From Acidobacteriota bacterium (GTDB lineage: Bacteria > Acidobacteriota > Blastocatellia > Pyrinomonadales > Pyrinomonadaceae), in contig JBKPCC010000040.1 in the NCBI GenBank assembly GCA_046727215.1, positions 21,637 through 85,636 on the forward strand: 64,000 bases of DNA. The letters run 5' to 3'. Made by a program: the position numbers and the translations under genes. Shown one piece after another: positions 28,615 to 38,585 of this stretch. A model generated the notes under the pieces. It was not told the origin of the DNA and ran no database searches. It saw nothing but the letters and a program-made list of their open reading frames with translations. Within the stretch, counting starts at the first letter, position 1, and each line of letters opens with the position of its first letter.

Positions 28615-29955
28615 ATGGAGCGAGGTGGCGGTAATTTGTTGGAGCCACGTAGCTATTCATTTGGCCGCCGGATAAGTGTGCCTGCAAAGATTCGCTCTCT
28701 GCCACTTGCTCGACTTGCGGCCCTGGGCGAAGCGTTTCTCGTCGCTAGCGGCAGCTTACGGGCCAACAAGCTTCGGACCGCCCTCACGCTAATGGGAATT
28801 GTTGTCGGCGTATCGGCGGTGATTGCCGTTGTAACAATTATCAAAGGCCTCGACAAGACAGTCGCGCAAACATTTTCCTCGCAGGGTTCCACTGTATTCA
28901 CAGTGTCTAAGAACCCACAAATCATTAAATCCCGCGAGGAGTTTATTACCTTTAGCAAACGCAAGGATGTAACACACGAGGATGCTGAGGCCATTTCGCG
29001 CTTGTGTTCCTCGTGTTGGCGCGTCGGTGTGGCGGCAAACGCTGTCGAGACTGTCAAGCATGCCGATCAAAAATCGGAAGGCGTACGCATTAGAGGAGTC
29101 GATCCGACGACGATGTTTGCGATCGACGGTGTCAGTATTGATATCGGCAGAATCTGGACTGAAGCGGAAGGAAGTTCAGGCCATGAGATTTGCGTCATCG
29201 GGCCGGACTTACTGAAGAATCTCTTCGGAGGGGCACCCGCCGATCGCGCAGTCGGTCAGGAAATAAGGATTGCGGGGCGTCCATACACAATCATCGGTGT
29301 GTTAGAACCGCTTGGTTCGATCTTTGGTTTTTCTCGTGACAACGTTGTCTATATCCCGTATTCCACGTATCAGAAATCGTACGGCGCACGACGTTCACTC
29401 GTCGTCTTCGTGCAAGTTCCCACTGCCGAGCAGCTCGAGGCCGCTGAGGATCAGGTGCGGACGATTATGCGTAACCGGCGCGGACGCACTTTCGGGCAGG
29501 AAGGAGACGAAGGATTCGCACTGGAAACGCAGGATGTGTTTCTGAATCTTTATTCGAGTGCAACTTCAAACATTTACATCGTAACCATCGGTGTCGCTGC
29601 GATCTCCCTTGTGGTGGGCGGCATCGTTGTTATGAACATCATGCTCGTATCGGTAACTGAAAGGACCAAGGAGATTGGGATCCGCAAGGCAATAGGCGCT
29701 CGCAGGAAAGACATTCTGACGCAGTTCCTAATTGAGGCAGTGACGGTGACCGCGATTGGAGGGGCCATCGGCGTTATTACTGGTTTCGGTCTCGCTTACA
29801 TCATTTCCGCTTTGATCGGATTCCCGCTCCTGGTCAGCGTCGCGTCAGCAGTTTTGGGAGTCGGTGTTTCATCTGTGGTTGGGATTATCAGTGGTCTTTG
29901 GCCCGCGTGGAGAGCTGCGCGCTTGGATCCGATTGAAGCGTTGAGAGCGGAATGA
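28615..29955 (+). CDS. MacB-type ABC transporter permease (FtsX family), paralogue 1
   Basis: LRANKLRTALT.MGI..GV N-terminal TM, a large periplasmic domain, MNIMLVSVTERTKEIGIRKAIGAR and C-terminal WPAWRAARLDPIEALRAE. AGGAGG RBS precedes the ATG. Confidence 0.88.
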   Translation: MERGGGNLLEPRSYSFGRRISVPAKIRSLPLARLAALGEAFLVASGSLRANKLRTALTLMGIVVGVSAVIAVVTIIKGLDKTVAQTFSSQGSTVFTVSKNPQIIKSREEFITFSKRKDVTHEDAEAISRLCSSCWRVGVAANAVETVKHADQKSEGVRIRGVDPTTMFAIDGVSIDIGRIWTEAEGSSGHEICVIGPDLLKNLFGGAPADRAVGQEIRIAGRPYTIIGVLEPLGSIFGFSRDNVVYIPYSTYQKSYGARRSLVVFVQVPTAEQLEAAEDQVRTIMRNRRGRTFGQEGDEGFALETQDVFLNLYSSATSNIYIVTIGVAAISLVVGGIVVMNIMLVSVTERTKEIGIRKAIGARRKDILTQFLIEAVTVTAIGGAIGVITGFGLAYIISALIGFPLLVSVASAVLGVGVSSVVGIISGLWPAWRAARLDPIEALRAE

Positions 29956-30004
29956 GCGGATTGTCGATTGCCTGTGGGATTTAGAGAATTTAGAGATCAA
30001 CCCC

Positions 30005-31246
30005 ATGCGTCTTGAAGACATAAAAGAATCGGCCTTAATGGCCGTGGATACGTTGCGGGCAAACAAGCTGCGCTCGTCATTGACGATCCTCGGTGTGTCT
30101 GTCGGAGTTGTGACCGTCATCTTCATGGTGTCTATCATCCAGGGTCTAAATAAAGCGTTCGCAGATCAGATCGAGTCGCTCGGTTCCAATACAATTTTTG
30201 TCGCAAAGTTTGAACCAAGTTTCGGTAGACCGCCCGGTCCGGAAGAGCTACACCGAAAAGATTTGACGATGGATGACGCAGACGCGCTGAGGCGTGAAGC
30301 CCCATCGATCGTAGGTGTGTCGCCGATCCACCGCATGATTGCGGCGACAATGCGCTACCAGGAAAAGCAGACGGACACCCCGATCCTTTTTGGCGTCACC
30401 CCGTATTATGAATTTGTTCATTCTCAATACGTGGCCAATGGACGCTTCATCACCGACATCGACATGCAGGACCGTTCAAACGTTTGCATTCTCGGCGTCG
30501 ATGTAAAGCGAGCGCTGTTTCCTTACGAAGATCCGCTGGATAAGGAAGTGCGTATCAATGGGAATCCGTTTCGAGTCATAGGTGTGATGGAGCCGCTGGG
30601 GAACTTTTTCGGTCAATCGCGCGACAATTCCATCTTTGTGCCTATCTCAACGTTCGATAAGTATTATCCGGATCGCCCGTTTCCAGAAGTTGTCTTCTTT
30701 ATTATCGTTCGTCCCAAATCTCGTGCTTTCGTGAAATCAGCGATTGATGAGATCACAGACATTCTCCGGCGGCGAAGACGAGTGCCGCCTAACGAGAAGA
30801 ACAACTTTGGAATCTCTTCCCAGGATTCTCTGCTTGACGTTTACAACCAGTTGACCGGCGCTACCGCGCTCGTATTGACTGCGATATCGTTCGTGGCGCT
30901 TATGATCGGCGGCATTGGTGTAATGAATATAATGTTGGTGTCGGTAACAGAGCGAACAAAAGAGATTGGTGTGCGTAAAGCGGTCGGCGCAACGCGGCTG
31001 AATATTCTGTCGCAGTTTTTGATAGAAGCAGTTGTCCTAACAGCGATTGGTGGCCTTGCAGGTCTTGCAGTAGGTGAGCTGGCCAGCTTGCTCATGAACA
31101 AATACTCACCGTTGCCGGCATATGTTCCGCTTTGGGCCATTGGAGTAGGCGTTGGTATCTCAGCAGCCGTCGGCATCGTGTTCGGGTTATGGCCGGCATG
31201 GAAAGCGGCCCGGCTCGATCCTATCGAAGCTCTTCGATGGGAGTAG
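30005..31246 (+). CDS. MacB-type ABC transporter permease (FtsX family), paralogue 2
   Basis: Same architecture and motifs as paralogue 1 (LRANKLRSSLT, MNIMLVSVTERTKEIGVRKAVGAT, WPAWKAARLDPIEALRWE). Confidence 0.88.
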   Translation: MRLEDIKESALMAVDTLRANKLRSSLTILGVSVGVVTVIFMVSIIQGLNKAFADQIESLGSNTIFVAKFEPSFGRPPGPEELHRKDLTMDDADALRREAPSIVGVSPIHRMIAATMRYQEKQTDTPILFGVTPYYEFVHSQYVANGRFITDIDMQDRSNVCILGVDVKRALFPYEDPLDKEVRINGNPFRVIGVMEPLGNFFGQSRDNSIFVPISTFDKYYPDRPFPEVVFFIIVRPKSRAFVKSAIDEITDILRRRRRVPPNEKNNFGISSQDSLLDVYNQLTGATALVLTAISFVALMIGGIGVMNIMLVSVTERTKEIGVRKAVGATRLNILSQFLIEAVVLTAIGGLAGLAVGELASLLMNKYSPLPAYVPLWAIGVGVGISAAVGIVFGLWPAWKAARLDPIEALRWE

Positions 31247-31266
31247 CACTCCAGCACAAAGAAAAA

Positions 31267-31348
31267 ACGTATTGGAGATTGGACATTTGACAATCGCAAT
31301 ACGACTAGAAGCGTATTCGCAAATCTCAAATGGCAAATATCCATCTCC
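31267..31348. repeat. Family-3 hairpin between MacB permease paralogues 2 and 3
   Basis: ACGTATTGGAGATTGGACATTTGACAATCGCAATACG pairs with CGTATTCGCAAATCTCAAATGGCAAATATCCATCTCC. Confidence 0.6.
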
Positions 31349-31450
31349 TGTGTCCAACGATAGTGACCTTTGTTGGCTCCCTTGAACGCAAACTTGAACT
31401 CCTGGCCTAACTGCAACAATATAGAGAATTACCCCGGTACTAGATTCGCC

Positions 31451-32692
31451 GTGAAGTTTATAGAAACACTCAAACTTGCCCTGGCCGCCATATGGGCGCA
31501 TAAGTTGCGCTCGGCGCTCACTCTCCTTGGCATGATTATCGGTGTGACTGCCTTCGTAGTGGTTGTGTCGTTAATCCAGGGATTTAATAAATACATTGAT
31601 GAAAAGATTGCGGGGATTGGCTCGAAGTCTTTCACCGTCCAGCGTTTCAACTTTGAAGATTTTAAAGATCTCGACACCATTGCGGCCGCCCAGCGACGTA
31701 ATAAGGAACTAACGCTCGACGATTATGAGTATCTGCGCGATCGTGCTGTTCTGATCGACAAGATTGGCGCCAAAGCACGCGCATCACGATCTCAAATTCG
31801 TCGTGAGGCTAAGATCATTGAAGACGTGCCGGTCGATGGTTCAATGCCTGTAATCGCAGAAATCGATAACATCGACGTAGAGGAAGGACGTTACTTCACA
31901 CCCACAGAAAATGACGCTGCCATGCGTGTTGCTTTCATTGGCATGGATGTAGCTAACGCTCTTTTTCCGGCAGGCGCGCATACTGCCATCGGCGAGGAAA
32001 TTAATGTTGCTGGTTTACCATATCGTGTAATCGGAGTTGCCACTGCAAAGGGCACCGTGTTCGGAGTGCCGCAGGATAATTTCGTCACGCTGCCATTAAA
32101 GACCTACGGCAACAACTTTGGCGGGTTTACCCGTAATCGACTTCTCTATTTCGAGGCGACATCCAAAACGGATGAATCATTTTCCGATGCTGTCGAGGAG
32201 GCGCGCTTTTTACTACGGTCGCGTCGTCACCTGCGCGCCGGAGACAAAGACAACTTCGGAATCGTAACGCCGGACGCCATCACAGGCTTCCGTGATCGAC
32301 TATTGGGACCAACGTTTATTGTAGCTATTGCAGTGCCCGGGATCGCCCTACTCGTGGGTGGCATAGTTATAATGAACATAATGCTCGTATCAGTTACGGA
32401 GCGCACAAAAGAGATCGGAATAAGAAAATCTTTGGGCGCGCGTCAGTTGGACATTCTTAAACAGTTTCTCGTGGAAGCCGTTACGCTTGCCGCGATCGGA
32501 GGCTCGATTGGTGTCGGTCTCGCCTGGATTATTGGTCGAATAATGACCGCGGTATTTTTTCCTACCTATCTTTCGATAGTCGCAATCGTGATTACTATCT
32601 TTGTGTCAGGCGGCATCGGGATTGCGGCGGGTGTCTTTCCGGCGTGGAAAGCTGCGCGTTTGGATCCCATTGAAGCTTTGCGTGCGGATTAA
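31451..32692 (+). CDS. MacB-type ABC transporter permease (FtsX family), paralogue 3
   Basis: Same architecture (HKLRSALT, MNIMLVSVTERTKEIGIRKSLGAR, FPAWKAARLDPIEALRAD). The start is uncertain. GTG 31451 was chosen by alignment with the paralogues; the ORF-track start at 31370 lies immediately downstream of a repeat hairpin. Confidence 0.8.
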   Translation: MKFIETLKLALAAIWAHKLRSALTLLGMIIGVTAFVVVVSLIQGFNKYIDEKIAGIGSKSFTVQRFNFEDFKDLDTIAAAQRRNKELTLDDYEYLRDRAVLIDKIGAKARASRSQIRREAKIIEDVPVDGSMPVIAEIDNIDVEEGRYFTPTENDAAMRVAFIGMDVANALFPAGAHTAIGEEINVAGLPYRVIGVATAKGTVFGVPQDNFVTLPLKTYGNNFGGFTRNRLLYFEATSKTDESFSDAVEEARFLLRSRRHLRAGDKDNFGIVTPDAITGFRDRLLGPTFIVAIAVPGIALLVGGIVIMNIMLVSVTERTKEIGIRKSLGARQLDILKQFLVEAVTLAAIGGSIGVGLAWIIGRIMTAVFFPTYLSIVAIVITIFVSGGIGIAAGVFPAWKAARLDPIEALRAD

Positions 32693-32708
32693 GCTGGAGA
32701 GGATCGGC

Positions 32709-33965
32709 ATGAGAATTATTCGCAGCGACATTTACGAGAATCTCAAAATGGCCCTTGCGACACTCAGGAGCAATAAACTCCGTTCGTTTTTGACCGTCGT
32801 GGGTGTGATGATCGGCGTGATCACAGTAATGTTGATTTCTTCCATCATTAGTGGGGTAGATACGGCTGTCAAACGCGAGCTTGAGTCATATGGCACGAAC
32901 TCCATCTACGTAATTAAGTTTAATTCCGGCATCCATATCGGTCGTCTATCGCGCGAAGAAAGGATGCGCAAGGACCTCACCTACGATGACGCAATAGCGC
33001 TGGCCCAATTGCCCGCGATCGAGCTCTCGGTTCCCTTCCTGGACATTTCAAACAACTTTTTCGGCCAAAAGATCCTCGTTACAGGAGGTGGGAAGACTTC
33101 CGCGGCCGTCGCACTTCAGGGAACTCTTCCGGACTTTGAAAAAGCTGGGACACAAATAATTAAGGAAGGACGCTTTTTCTCTCAATACGAAAACGATAGC
33201 AACGAAAACGTGTGCGTAGTCGGTTCAGCAGTGGGGCAGGACTTCTTCCCATACGGTTCACCGGTTGGTCAATCCATCAATATCGCGGGCAATCAGTTTC
33301 GAGTGGTTGGCGTGCTGGAAAAGCGTGAACAGTTCTTATTGGGCGGTGGCGATGACGACCAAAACAATGTGATCTACGTTCCATTTAATGTGGCTCGCAA
33401 GCTGAAACCCAACTCAAGTGACATATACATTCTTGCCGTTGCCAGGAAGGGTCTGATGGACGAAGCGAAGGATCAAGTAACAGATCTCTTGCGGGTCCGG
33501 CGGCAGGTGCCATTTGGGAAACCCGACAATTTTGGCCTTCAAACTGCTGAGCTCTTTTTGAGCAACTTTCGGTCAATTCTGAGCGGCGTTGCTATTGCGA
33601 TGGTCGTTATTTCGTCCGTCGGGTTAATGGTGGGTGGTATAGGCGTCATGAACATCATGCTCGTGTCAGTCACTGAACGTACCCGCGAGATCGGCGTGCG
33701 AAAAGCGATTGGCGCGCGTCGCCGAGACATCATGTGGCAGTTCTTGATCGAAGCTGCCACCTTAACTGGATTCGGAGGTTTAGTTGGCTTGTCGATTGGA
33801 TGGCTGCTGACCTTCTTACTTCGCTTGTTACTGCCTTCCTACGTTCCGCTATGGGCGCCCGTTGGAGGTTTCATCGCCAGTGTTGGCATTGGCCTGGTGT
33901 TTGGTCTATGGCCCGCGTGGAAAGCCGCTCGCCTCGATCCCATCGAATCCCTGCGCTACGAATGA
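32709..33965 (+). CDS. MacB-type ABC transporter permease (FtsX family), paralogue 4
   Basis: Same architecture (LRSNKLRSFLT, MNIMLVSVTERTREIGVRKAIGAR, WPAWKAARLDPIESLRYE). ATG 32709 is preceded by GGAGAGG. The ORF-track start at 32601 would overlap paralogue 3 by 92 nt. Confidence 0.85.
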   Translation: MRIIRSDIYENLKMALATLRSNKLRSFLTVVGVMIGVITVMLISSIISGVDTAVKRELESYGTNSIYVIKFNSGIHIGRLSREERMRKDLTYDDAIALAQLPAIELSVPFLDISNNFFGQKILVTGGGKTSAAVALQGTLPDFEKAGTQIIKEGRFFSQYENDSNENVCVVGSAVGQDFFPYGSPVGQSINIAGNQFRVVGVLEKREQFLLGGGDDDQNNVIYVPFNVARKLKPNSSDIYILAVARKGLMDEAKDQVTDLLRVRRQVPFGKPDNFGLQTAELFLSNFRSILSGVAIAMVVISSVGLMVGGIGVMNIMLVSVTERTREIGVRKAIGARRRDIMWQFLIEAATLTGFGGLVGLSIGWLLTFLLRLLLPSYVPLWAPVGGFIASVGIGLVFGLWPAWKAARLDPIESLRYE

Positions 33966-33970
33966 AATAG

Positions 33971-34110
33971 TCCACAGGTTACACTGACTAAAAATAAAGC
34001 AGACACGCAGAAGGCGGCACTCCTGTGGCCTTTTTGCTTCTGGTTCCTACCCGTGCCGCCTGCTTTCTGCCTTTAGTTTTAATCAGTGTAATCTGTGTGT
34101 AATCTGTGGA
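33971..34110. repeat. Family-1 long hairpin between convergent genes
   Basis: TCCACAGGTTACACTGACTAAAAATAAAGCAGACACGCAGAAGGCGGCAC pairs with GTGCCGCCTGCTTTCTGCCTTTAGTTTTAATCAGTGTAATCTGTGTGTAATCTGTGGA. Confidence 0.75.
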
Positions 34111-34126
34111 TCGCGGTTAAGTGTTC

Positions 34127-35125
34127 CTAGGAAATAAACGCTGGAAACAGCGCTGCAAGTACAAGTGACAACAGCAGACCGAGTACCCAGAACAGAATAG
34201 CTGAGCTCCACGCAGCCGCATTGCTGACTCGCTCACCTGCATAACGCACACCGGTTGCCTTCAACCACAATCCGTAAAGCGATAAAACTCCAATCCACGA
34301 CGCTGCTACAAAGAGAACCGGATGATCGGCGGGTGAAAAAAGAAAACCCAAATTATCCTGAACAAGAGTCTCCTGTCCTCTGAGTGGATGAATGTCATCC
34401 GGACTCTTGATGTAAAGAATCACCAAGCTTAACGCCTTTTGGACGACGGTAACAGGAAGGGCCGCATAGATCATTACCACGAACGACTGCCAGTAATTTA
34501 TCTTCCCACCGAACACCAACACTGCAAGAAGATAGAGTGCGGCCAGGACAACATTAAGAATGAATAACCCACAAATACTCTTGACGGCTGTTTGCACGCG
34601 CTGAACTGAATTCGTCAGCTGCTCGAGTTGCTCCGTCTTGGCGCGCTCCACGGCTTCCCGTGGAATGAACGGCGTCTGGGCCATCTTCTCCGTCAAATAA
34701 TCTACGATTCGCTGAGGTGTTACGCGCTGAGCAAACGCGACACCATAACCGATATTGAAAACTGCAATGATCACAAGCGCAAGTAACCATCGGGGATGCC
34801 TTCGGAGGTTTCGAAAAACCTCGCTTGGCTCGTAGAAGATTCCGGTGATTCGCTCAACCGGAGACATTGGCGGCGGTGCGTCGGTTGTAAGAGGTGGCAA
34901 CGGAACGAAGCTCAAACCAAAGAGACACAATCCCGTAATTGCCACAACTATTCCTGTGACGATCCCTCCCGGAACTATCTTCGGAATGCCGGCGACCAGA
35001 ATCAGCACACCAAGCACAAACAAAACGATTGCTGGTATCCTCAGGTTGGTAGGTCGACGCGCGGCGGCTTCCGGAGCCGGCGGCGGCGGGGGTGCATGAA
35101 ATTCTCGTGCGTTCGGATCACTCAT
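34127..35125 (-). CDS. Yip1-domain-like polytopic membrane protein with proline-rich N-terminus
   Basis: 332 aa. After an initial TM pair, the segment GIFYEPSEVFRNL...P.W is followed by five further TM helices, as in Yip1/DUF1282-type proteins. The assignment is tentative. Confidence 0.5.
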   Translation of the reverse strand: MSDPNAREFHAPPPPPAPEAAARRPTNLRIPAIVLFVLGVLILVAGIPKIVPGGIVTGIVVAITGLCLFGLSFVPLPPLTTDAPPPMSPVERITGIFYEPSEVFRNLRRHPRWLLALVIIAVFNIGYGVAFAQRVTPQRIVDYLTEKMAQTPFIPREAVERAKTEQLEQLTNSVQRVQTAVKSICGLFILNVVLAALYLLAVLVFGGKINYWQSFVVMIYAALPVTVVQKALSLVILYIKSPDDIHPLRGQETLVQDNLGFLFSPADHPVLFVAASWIGVLSLYGLWLKATGVRYAGERVSNAAAWSSAILFWVLGLLLSLVLAALFPAFIS

Positions 35126-35237
35126 TGCTTAATCCTCCTGAGCAAGAGGACGGGGAGAAAAGCATGCCGTCCGTGTTGGGATAAAGAACGAAGTAATAGC
35201 GTACATACGCAGGCGCGTGGCTTACTGTTTCGTTGAC

Positions 35238-35389
35238 GATTACCCAGATTCGATCCACAGATTACACAGATTAATGCATAATAGCGACGTAATCCTCACA
35301 CCGGTCTTTTGATCAACTTCGGTTCACGAGCTTGGAACAACGTCGCTTTGTGCTTTGATAATCTGTGTAATCTGTGGAGTAGTGGATTT
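35238..35389. repeat. Family-1 inverted repeat; the right arm lies inside the 3' end of oppF
   Basis: The 19 nt CCACAGATTACACAGATTA (35255-35273) is exactly complementary to TAATCTGTGTAATCTGTGG (35359-35377). The inner 8 bp stem is AGCGACGT / ACGTCGCT. The oppF stop is at 35324-35326. Confidence 0.8.
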
Positions 35390-36394
35390 TTCCCAACCAG
35401 GTACGCGGATGCATGCCACAGAATGCCCAGGCAACACCTCCCGTAACTCCGGATCGATCCTCGCACAGTCGTCAATCGCAATCGGGCATCGAGTTCGAAA
35501 GCGACAACCGGAAGGCGGATTGATCGGCGTCGGTACATCACCCTGCAAGACCACTCGTTTCCGCTTGCGCTGTGGATCGGGAACGGGAATCGCCGATAAC
35601 AACGCCTGCGTATAAGGATGGAGCGGCTGCGCGTACAGGTCAGCAGCACTCGCAATCTCCACAATTCGACCGAGGTACATCACGGCCACTCGATTCGATA
35701 TGTGTTCCACGACCGCCAGACCGTGCGAGATAAACAGATACGTCAGCCCAAATTCCTGCTGTAAATCCTGTAGAAGATTTACTACTTGCGCCTGCACAGA
35801 AACATCAAGCGCCGAAACCGGTTCATCAGCGACAATCAACTTCGGGTTTAGCGCAAGTGTACGCGCCACGCCGATTCGTTGTCGTTGACCTCCTGAAAAC
35901 TCGTGAGGATATCGGTTGGAGTACGCGGGATCCAACCCAACTCTTTTGAGTAGATCCGCCACACGCTCGCGCCTCTCAGTTTTACTGCCAATACCGTGAA
36001 TAATGAGCGGTTCGCCTACGATGTTCCCTACCTTCATTCTTGGGTTCAAAGACGCATACGGATCCTGAAAGACAATCTGCATCTCGCGACGCAGTTCGCG
36101 CAACTCGTTCTTTCCCATTGACAGTACGTTGCGCCCATCGAATGAGACCTCACCAGCCGTAGGTTCAATCAATCGCAGCAAACACCTGCCGACAGTCGAT
36201 TTGCCGCACCCCGATTCACCAACAAGTCCCAGCGTCTCTCCGCGAAGAATTGAGAACGAAACGCCGTCAACTGCACGCACCACATCATCACTCCCCTCAA
36301 TTGGGAAGTGCTTAACAAGTCCTCGCACTTCAACCAGGTGTCCGTTTGTCGCGTTCACGTGAGCGCTATCGTATGGTCCATCTTTTAACTGCAC
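35324..36394 (-). CDS. oppF: Oligopeptide/dipeptide ABC transporter ATP-binding protein (OppF/DppF-type)
   Basis: Walker [10 protein letters not shown], signature [15 protein letters not shown], Walker [10 protein letters not shown], and an oligopeptide-type C-terminal domain (HPYT.ALL.A.P, PSGC.F..RCP). The last 20 or so codons run into a dispersed repeat. Confidence 0.85.
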   Translation of the reverse strand: MQLKDGPYDSAHVNATNGHLVEVRGLVKHFPIEGSDDVVRAVDGVSFSILRGETLGLVGESGCGKSTVGRCLLRLIEPTAGEVSFDGRNVLSMGKNELRELRREMQIVFQDPYASLNPRMKVGNIVGEPLIIHGIGSKTERRERVADLLKRVGLDPAYSNRYPHEFSGGQRQRIGVARTLALNPKLIVADEPVSALDVSVQAQVVNLLQDLQQEFGLTYLFISHGLAVVEHISNRVAVMYLGRIVEIASAADLYAQPLHPYTQALLSAIPVPDPQRKRKRVVLQGDVPTPINPPSGCRFRTRCPIAIDDCARIDPELREVLPGHSVACIRVPGWEKSTTPQITQIIKAQSDVVPSS

Positions 36395-36403
36395 CGGCTG
36401 AAG

Positions 36404-37444
36404 TTAATTCTCACGGTCCGGTGGTTGAGAGTGGATCACCGCGCAGTGATCAGCCGTAACGGCGGCCGCGAGATCAAACAGCACACATCGCACCTTCACG
36501 TTGTTCTCAAGTTCATACAAAGGAATCTCCTCAGCCGTACACCGCGGCATTCGATAGGGACAGCGGGGTGCAAAGTGGCAGCCAGGCGGTAAATCAGTCG
36601 GACTCGGCACCACGCCTTCGATGGTCTGCAACCGTTCGATTTTTGCTACATGTTCCGCAGTTAATTTCGGAACTGAGCGCAGCAGCCCTTCCGTGTACGG
36701 ATGCTTGGGTCTGAGAAACAGTTCATTAACATCCGACTCCTCGACAATGCGTCCGGTGTACATCACTGCCACACGGTCTGCTACCTCAGCTACAACTCCG
36801 AGGTCGTGGGTTATTAGCAGTACAGCGAGATCTCGATTTCTGCGCAACTCATTTAGCAGCTCAAGAATTTGTGCCTGGATAGTTACATCAAGCGCTGTCG
36901 TAGGTTCGTCTGCAATCAACAGCCGCGGATTACAGGCCAGCGCCATCGCAATCATCACACGCTGCCGCATTCCTCCTGAGAGCTGGTGAGGATAGTCATC
37001 GATCCGACGCGCCGGATCGGAAATAGCTACTTCGCGCATGGCCTCAATCGCCGCTTCCCTTGCCTGCTTTCTCGTAAGTTTCCGGTGGAGTCTGAGGGCC
37101 TCGGCAATCTGTTCACCGATGGTGAAAACGGGATTCAGTGAGGTCATCGGATCTTGAAAGATCATAGCGATATCATCCCCACGAATGTCCCGCATCTCTT
37201 TGTCCGAGAGCTTTAACAGATCTTTCCCATCAAAGAGTATTTTTCCGCCTACGATTTTTCCCGGCGGAGCGATCAAACGCATGATTGAAAGCGCGGTGAT
37301 CGACTTTCCGCAGCCTGATTCGCCAACCAGGCCGAGCAACTCGCCATTGTCGAGGCTAAAGCTCACACCGTTGACCGCTTTAACCAAACCAGCGCGGGTC
37401 AAAAAGTGCGTGCGTAGATCTTTTATTTCTAATAAGTGCTCCAT
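36404..37444 (-). CDS. oppD: Oligopeptide/dipeptide ABC transporter ATP-binding protein (OppD/DppD-type)
   Basis: Walker A GESGCGKS, signature [15 protein letters not shown], Walker [11 protein letters not shown]-terminal [10 protein letters not shown] and PPGC.FAPRCP. Confidence 0.88.
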   Translation of the reverse strand: MEHLLEIKDLRTHFLTRAGLVKAVNGVSFSLDNGELLGLVGESGCGKSITALSIMRLIAPPGKIVGGKILFDGKDLLKLSDKEMRDIRGDDIAMIFQDPMTSLNPVFTIGEQIAEALRLHRKLTRKQAREAAIEAMREVAISDPARRIDDYPHQLSGGMRQRVMIAMALACNPRLLIADEPTTALDVTIQAQILELLNELRRNRDLAVLLITHDLGVVAEVADRVAVMYTGRIVEESDVNELFLRPKHPYTEGLLRSVPKLTAEHVAKIERLQTIEGVVPSPTDLPPGCHFAPRCPYRMPRCTAEEIPLYELENNVKVRCVLFDLAAAVTADHCAVIHSQPPDREN

Positions 37445-37498
37445 CCGACTTCGTATCAGTGACCACTATTAGTGTTACGAACAAAAAGCTTTTCTGGA

Positions 37499-38443
37499 TT
37501 AAAGGCCGAGCTTGTCCATCTTTGCGGTTTCGTATTCGCCATCTTCGCCGGGGTATCGCAATACCTTGTCGAAGCGCCCAGTTTCTTTTGCCAAAGCCCA
37601 AATGATGCTTTCTCCTGCGGGCACAGTTTTGGGCTGCGCGAGAAATACTGGATCGCGAAACGCTTCAACAGCATCAATTACTTGCCACCCTTTGCTACTG
37701 AACATATCGATCAGATCGCCGAGAAACAGGGCATTCAACAAATTAAAATGCGTGAGGATTGTATGCTTAACACTCCGCTTCACGACCTTCTGTGAGAGCT
37801 CATCGTAATAAAGAGTGCGTTCCCACATATGATCAAGATAAAACTGCCTGTACCCGCTAAGATCCGGAGACTCGTCTTTGGCGAGGCGCTTGCGAAGCCG
37901 ATCGTCGACGATCCAGTCAGAAGTATCTATCGTGACATGACCGACGCGATAGCCTTGCTGTGAAAGAAACTGGCGAATTGCGTCCCGTTTTGCGGCCGTC
38001 TCACCCTCTTTCAAATAAGGAAAACGAAAGATTTTTTGAAAATGCGGGAATGCCTTTAGTAAATCTTCGGCCCGAAGGATATCTTCCGAGAAAGTTTCGG
38101 CAGTGACCTTTGAGTTGTTGTAGTAGACGTGCGAGAAAGTGTGATTCCCAATCAAATGGCCCTCAGTATCCCACGCTCTTAATAGGTTTTTGCCTTCGTC
38201 GTCGACAATGTTCGACGCACGGACGAAAAGCGCTGCTTTAAGGGACCTCGATCGTAGCGCCTTCAGGATTGCCTGATTTCGCTCGGCCCCGTCTAACTTT
38301 ATCGGATTGGCGCGCCAGCTGAAGTCATCCATTGTGATCGCCACTTGCGGCGATCTGGAGGAACCTAACAAGTTATTTGCGAGATATAGACTAGCGCCAG
38401 TGAGTCCTGCAAGTTTTGTAAATTGTCGTCTATTCATGATCAA
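37499..38443 (-). CDS. Polysaccharide deacetylase (NodB-homology, CE4-like) with Tat-type signal
   Basis: N-terminal NRRQFTKLAGLTGASLYLA. Also TMDDF, GH.IGNHT.SH and RFPYL.EG, typical of the CE4 metal-binding and catalytic motifs. Confidence 0.75.
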   Translation of the reverse strand: MIMNRRQFTKLAGLTGASLYLANNLLGSSRSPQVAITMDDFSWRANPIKLDGAERNQAILKALRSRSLKAALFVRASNIVDDEGKNLLRAWDTEGHLIGNHTFSHVYYNNSKVTAETFSEDILRAEDLLKAFPHFQKIFRFPYLKEGETAAKRDAIRQFLSQQGYRVGHVTIDTSDWIVDDRLRKRLAKDESPDLSGYRQFYLDHMWERTLYYDELSQKVVKRSVKHTILTHFNLLNALFLGDLIDMFSSKGWQVIDAVEAFRDPVFLAQPKTVPAGESIIWALAKETGRFDKVLRYPGEDGEYETAKMDKLGL

Positions 38444-38451
38444 CGGTCACG

Positions 38452-38579
38452 CCGCAAAAAGGCACAACAGTCAAAAAGATTAACTACGGAATGAAGCGAA
38501 ATCTGCCCCAATCACGACGTTCTAATATTCGCTGAGCGGCCTATTTACACTCTCGTGCCTATTGTGCCTTTTTGCGGCC
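38452..38579. repeat. MITE-like element: 19 nt terminal inverted repeats flanking about 90 nt
   Basis: GCCGCAAAAAGGCACAACA (38452-38470) pairs with TATTGTGCCTTTTTGCGGC (38561-38579), 18 of 19 complementary. Confidence 0.65.
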
Positions 38580-38585
38580 TCTAAG

